In this document: positions 59,930-64,000 of the stretch, piece after piece
Layout: the number at the start of each line of letters is the position of its first letter
Numbering within the stretch: position 1 is the first letter of the stretch
Origin: Eutreptiella sp. 'Long Island Sound 2002'
Lineage: Eukaryota; Protista; Euglenida
NCBI GenBank assembly: GCA_964036045.1
Contig: OZ038378.1
Coordinates: 39,494,001 to 39,558,000, forward strand
Direction: 5' to 3'
Length of the DNA stretch: 64,000 nt
Made by a program: the position numbers and the translations under genes
Notes under the pieces: model-generated
Told to the model about the DNA's origin: nothing
The model's input: only the letters and a program-made list of their open reading frames with translations
The model's database searches: none

Positions 59930-60445
59930 TCACATGCCATCATCACAATGGAACCCCATTTCAAGGAGTCCTTGTTGGATGGGCGGCGTCAAGTGTGCCC
60001 ACGATGCACTTGTGTAGCGTACAATAGCATAGCGTTCCTCACGCCAACGCTTAGGTCGATGCAAATGATATGCATTGAAGAGTACGCGGGCTCTTGCATC
60101 AACCAAGCATGCCCATACGAGTCGCTCCCCCAAATGTGCCCATGCACGGGCCTTGACTTCCTCCCCTCCCAAATAACCCGTCGTGAGAAGGTATCCCCAA
60201 TCGAAATCACCAATGGTGATTTTCCCGGTGAGAGCACAATCGTCGTGGCCATGAGTATGAAGGTTCATGGGGGTTCTCTTTGCGCTATGCACAAGAGCAA
60301 TGCTTGTTTGGGACAAATGGGGGTGATGTCGCCCCACGAATTCATTTATACATCGCCCCAATGGCTCCAATTTGGAGGTCCATGCAGAAATTGCAATCTT
60401 TTTGCGAAAGCTTGGAAATGCTTTAATGGCCCCAAGGAGGAGCCT
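59930..60445 (-). pseudogene. 2OG-Fe(II)-dependent dioxygenase-like ORF (double-stranded beta-helix fold, AlkB/TET-JBP-like superfamily)
   Basis: QTSIALV..MNLHTHGHD (HxD site with H in place of D), TIGDFDWGYL, VLFNAYHLHRP (distal His), ERYAIVRY (2OG-binding Arg), LLEMGF. The frame is open from 60445 to 59930. Confidence 0.7.
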
Positions 60446-60703
60446 TCAATAGTGAGTGCCATGTCTCTCAGTGTTCTCCCAACCCCTTGCATGACGTAAT
60501 TTTTGAACGAGCGTGTCGGCTAGTCATTGCGGAGGTGGCGAGCTTGATAGCTTTTGCGTTGCATCCAAAATCTCCTTGTTCGGCGTGTTCGTCCACACTT
60601 GTGTCACTCTGGGTGGCGGGCTTATTGCTAATGTTCGTCTTGGCACACGATCCCTAGTGGCTGGCGGAAGGTCCTTACACTTCTTCCTAATGAATTTGGT
60701 GAG

Positions 60704-61530
60704 TTAGTCACCAACCCAAATAACAAGGTGCAATATGCACATAAGCACAAATTTGAACCGTTCGTCTATATGCAACAAAGGTTCACTCACACATCCTTTG
60801 GTGTTGATACGATCCAACCCCTTCCTATAAAGTTTATATAATTTTCTGTCACTGTTGGGTGAACGCCGCCACTTTCGGTCCTCCCACTTTCCTTTGAGGT
60901 CGCACCACACTGCATAAGTATAAATACCCCCAATACAAAAGCAGGCTGAAATTCCTACCACTTTCCGGCGCCATGGGGAGTCACCACCTAACATGACTCG
61001 GGCACGACACCATTTTTCACGAATGAAGATCGATCCGGTGTTTACAATACTTTGGATTGCCTCCAAAGTCTTTGAGAAATTTTCACATAGAGCATCGATG
61101 TCGTGCTCAACTATGAGGGCGACATTGACGGTACAATTATAAGCTAGGGTGCGCGCCTTTTGACCATGGCTGGGAGACTCAATGGCCAATTGCACCCAAG
61201 AGCGAGATCGACAAGGGAATCCATCACCCTCAACGATCAAAACATATGAACGTTCCCCGTCCAAAAGAGGGAGCGTCATTGTATGAAATATCCATCTTGA
61301 GTTGAGATATACTTAAAAAACTCATCGAGATCCCAACAGACACGTACCTTCCCATTATAATCACTTGGGACTAGGATTTGCTTGCTCCCAAGCTCCAGCC
61401 AAGCAATCTTGAAAGCCTCAAACGATGGAAAGTGGTGCTTCCAATTTGCGGGGAGGCGCTCCTCCCCATAGTTGCGAAGCTTGGATACCCAACGGATAAG
61501 GTTCTTGTACCTAGAAAGGTAGAGGTACAT
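60704..61530 (-). pseudogene. RAG1/Transib/Chapaev-related DDE transposase remnant
   Basis: VLIVEGDGFP (first Asp), VMLGGDSPWRRKVVGIS (second Asp, compare RAG1 GYDEKLVREVEGL), KGCVSEPLLHI..CILHLVIWVGD (compare KGVSAKPF..DALHCDIGN). An ATGA-overlap frameshift lies at 61276-61279 and TAA at 60704-60706. The third catalytic residue region is missing. Confidence 0.65.
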
Positions 61531-62163
61531 ATTGGTATTTCCACAAGTGCAACCGTGTGCAAACGGTGCAATAAAATACTTGCATAAATGTTTGCACGAA
61601 GCGTAACATTGCCATTATCGCACTATCTTTATCAATGTGGTGTTGTACGGTGTCCTGTTGTGCAAGTTAGAGTACGTAGGTATGCCGAATGGAGTGAAGG
61701 ACCACATTACACGATGTATGACAATGATATGGCTTCGTAAGTGTGCAAGTGGTCACTTGCACACCACAAGGAGCGGTTGCACAATGCATCAATAACGCAA
61801 AAAAGAGACATAGCAGTAAACATCACCGATTTGAAGGCATTTCGAGCTCCAAAACGAGGGAGACAGCCTCAGTAGGTGTATGAACCTGCCGAATGGCGTC
61901 CTTGCACGTTTCTTGTATCGTTTTTGCTGATTAATGCGTGCATCGAGGCGATCAAATAGGGCGGTACCCGGTGCCGCTGAGGTAAATAGTCCCACAAGGT
62001 TATCCCACAAGTCCTCGCTGCTAAAACTTTCGTAAGCAGTTCTTACGATCTCGAAAATAGCATTTCCTTGCAAAACCATTACCAATCTCGCAAATGGCTA
62101 GTACGTTTCTGGTGACATTTGAAATGCCGCAGCGACGGCAGCAGTCGCGACGACAGCGCCAGC

Positions 62164-62268
62164 GCGGTTGCACAGGGATTGCACTGTGCAACTGCAGTGT
62201 AATTCTGTGCAACTGGCAAAATTTTTGTGCAACTGCGTGCAAATGACAATTTTTCTGTGCAACTCTAC
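62164..62268. repeat. Cluster of TGTGCAACT motifs including a 12-bp-stem hairpin; probable transposon subterminal repeats
   Basis: GCGGTTGCACAG-GGATTGCA-CTGTGCAACTGC at 62164-62195, plus three more TGTGCAACT copies. CAGGG at 62173 resembles a hAT end. Confidence 0.6.
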
Positions 62269-62896
62269 CTGGGTAAAATGGGTTCGCCAGACGCGCATGC
62301 CGCCGCAGAGAATGAGGTTAAAAACTAACAAAACGCGAGATTTTCATGTTTCTGCAGGCTGCCGACATTTTGCATGCACCAAAATTTTAACTGTTGATCC
62401 CCCACATATTGCTTTAAAGTAGTTGTGACAGAAAAACCGAGTTGCAATTTAAGACGTGTTTTTCAGAATAAATAGCCCCGCTGTGTCCCCACTGTCATTG
62501 CACATCGTGCGGTATGCTTGTCGTCGTTTGAAAACACTTGCGCGCCGAGAAAAAGACGTCGCGAACTTTGCGTGCAGAGATGTAGAATGCCACAAACAAC
62601 ATCTGCGTGCAGTGAAGGAAACGCTAAGAGCAGCATACAAGAGTCAGAAGGTATCCAAACAAACCACACGAAAGCCAACTGTCTCGCTCAGAACGCCGAC
62701 GCAGATGAGACAGGTTCTGATGAGTGCGATGAATTGGATGAATGGGAGCACTTGTTTGCAGCGCAATGGCAGAGACACCAGTACGAGTCGTATTGTTGGA
62801 GACAACAAAGAGAGAGCCAGCAGCCCATGTCCTACGCTGACTAGTCGCGACTGAAGATGCTATGGGATAGCGAGCAGGAGCTGAAGAACTGGTGGA

Positions 62897-64000
62897 TCAC
62901 AGAGCAGGAGAAACAGTGCGCCTGAACAGGTTTGTGTTCGTCTTCCTCCTCCTCCTCATCTTCGTCAGCATATGGTCAGGCAACACACAGGGCTCTCTGA
63001 AAGCTGGGTCTCTAATCTTTTGCAGTAGCCTCATTATTTGATAAATATAAACAAGCTTCTCCACCTTGTGGCCATACAGACGGTTCCTACTTTTTGAGTG
63101 CACAAAACCAAACAAACTCCAGTTGCGCTCTGCAGCAGAGGCCACTGTAGGGGTTGAATGTACGCGCAGCGCAATGTCCCTCAGCACTGAATTTTCATAG
63201 CAGAAAGCTTGGAACCAATTGAGGCCGCCAAGGTCAAGACTTTCTTTGGTCCAAAGGCGTCCATCTGCGAACTCTTCACACCACATAAGGAACTGTTGCA
63301 GCTGCAGTTTCCAAGGGTAGTCTGCCTTCACAAAAACTGAGCCACGGCGCCCAATCAGATTGTAATTGATGACAGATTGCCTGCGGATATTCGAGTACCC
63401 ATCTGTTACCAACCCTGTGTGATGATCTGCAGCAAACACAGGGGCAATCTCTTTCGCAATGTTGTTGTAAACTGTGTCCAGCAAACCATCAGCAAGCCTG
63501 TGCCTGTTGGGGGGATACAACTGAGAACCTGGTAGACTAGCCTTCACACATTTGATCGGTTTGTCAATGTAGTGACGCGGCATCATATCTTCAGAGATAT
63601 GAAATGGTATACCAGCGTGGTACATGAACTCAGCAAAGGAAACATCAAGCTCTGTCTTCAGAATTTCCTGCAAGTTGTCTGGTGTTGCTTGCTTCTTTGG
63701 AGCTGGTTCTGCAGCGGCATCAGGATTTTGTTGGCTCAGGAAAATCCTCTTTTTGTTTTGTTGATGTTCTTTTTGCTTCAGCTTTTCCTCAGCCTCCTTC
63801 AACAGTTTCTCTTTGACATCCTTCGGCACATTGGGGCAGGCAGCAACACCATGTCCCTTTTCCCCAGACAAATGGGCACGAGCTCTTGCAGGTCCTTGCC
63901 AGCACATGCCCAAATAACCCAAATATTTGCAGTTGTAGTCCTGCCCAGTTTTACTGGTTTTTGTAGCAAGGTTAAGTGTGAAATGCTGCTGAAGCAGGCC
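62897..64000 (-). pseudogene. hAT transposase (BED finger - DUF659-type N-terminal core - dimerisation domain), internally deleted; runs off the window end
   Basis: QHF..CKY..RARAHLSGEKGHGVAACP (BED-like); LVTDGYSNIRRQSVIN (first Asp); jumps at about 63315 to ALRVHSTPTVASAAERNWSLFGFVHSKSRNRL (catalytic Glu and dimerisation domain); an acidic tail is out of frame near 62970. Confidence 0.85.

Noticed and set aside
24643-60499. Plus-strand ORFs antisense to retroelement or dioxygenase frames (24643-25392, 30886-31557, 33470-34099, 46356-46982, 50130-50846, 59876-60499)
   Set aside because: They are shadow ORFs of the minus-strand coding sequences, which carry the conserved motifs.
62456-62854. 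Small plus-strand ORFs (132 aa and 108 aa) beside the hAT 3' end
   Set aside because: No recognisable motif; they could be a frameshifted fragment or chance.

Overview
Eukaryotic, transposon-saturated 64-kb window (GT-AG introns of about 85-135 bp; host not identifiable from sequence alone). I found no intact housekeeping gene, rRNA or CRISPR array. From left to right it contains: (i) a dispersed repeat 'W' and two arrays of a GC-rich ~210-bp satellite whose units fold into four hairpins, with short-tailed retroposon-like inserts and a 1.4-kb A-depleted tract; (ii) a long degenerate inverted repeat whose right arm holds a 2.96-kb insert with a perfect 14-bp target-site duplication (TSD); (iii) an intron-containing PIF/Harbinger-ISL2EU-type DDE transposase between two 11-bp minisatellites; (iv) a ~8.5-kb tandem duplication built from two decayed Ty3/gypsy-type lineages on the minus strand, one a chromovirus (gag-PR-RT-RH-INT-chromodomain). 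Both lineages carry a DIRS-type Dam-like N6-adenine methyltransferase-like domain directly after the protease; (v) a 3.23-kb CCC-terminated TIR element with a 2-bp AT TSD that splits the chromovirus gag and carries a spliced gene of unknown function; (vi) a RAG1/Transib-like DDE transposase remnant in frame with a 2OG-Fe(II) dioxygenase remnant; (vii) an internally deleted but still open hAT transposase at the window end. The best candidates for novelty are the PR-[Dam-like]-RT gypsy/chromovirus architecture and the RAG-like transposase plus dioxygenase cassette. All domain calls come from manual motif recognition, not database searches, and nearly all copies are pseudogenised.
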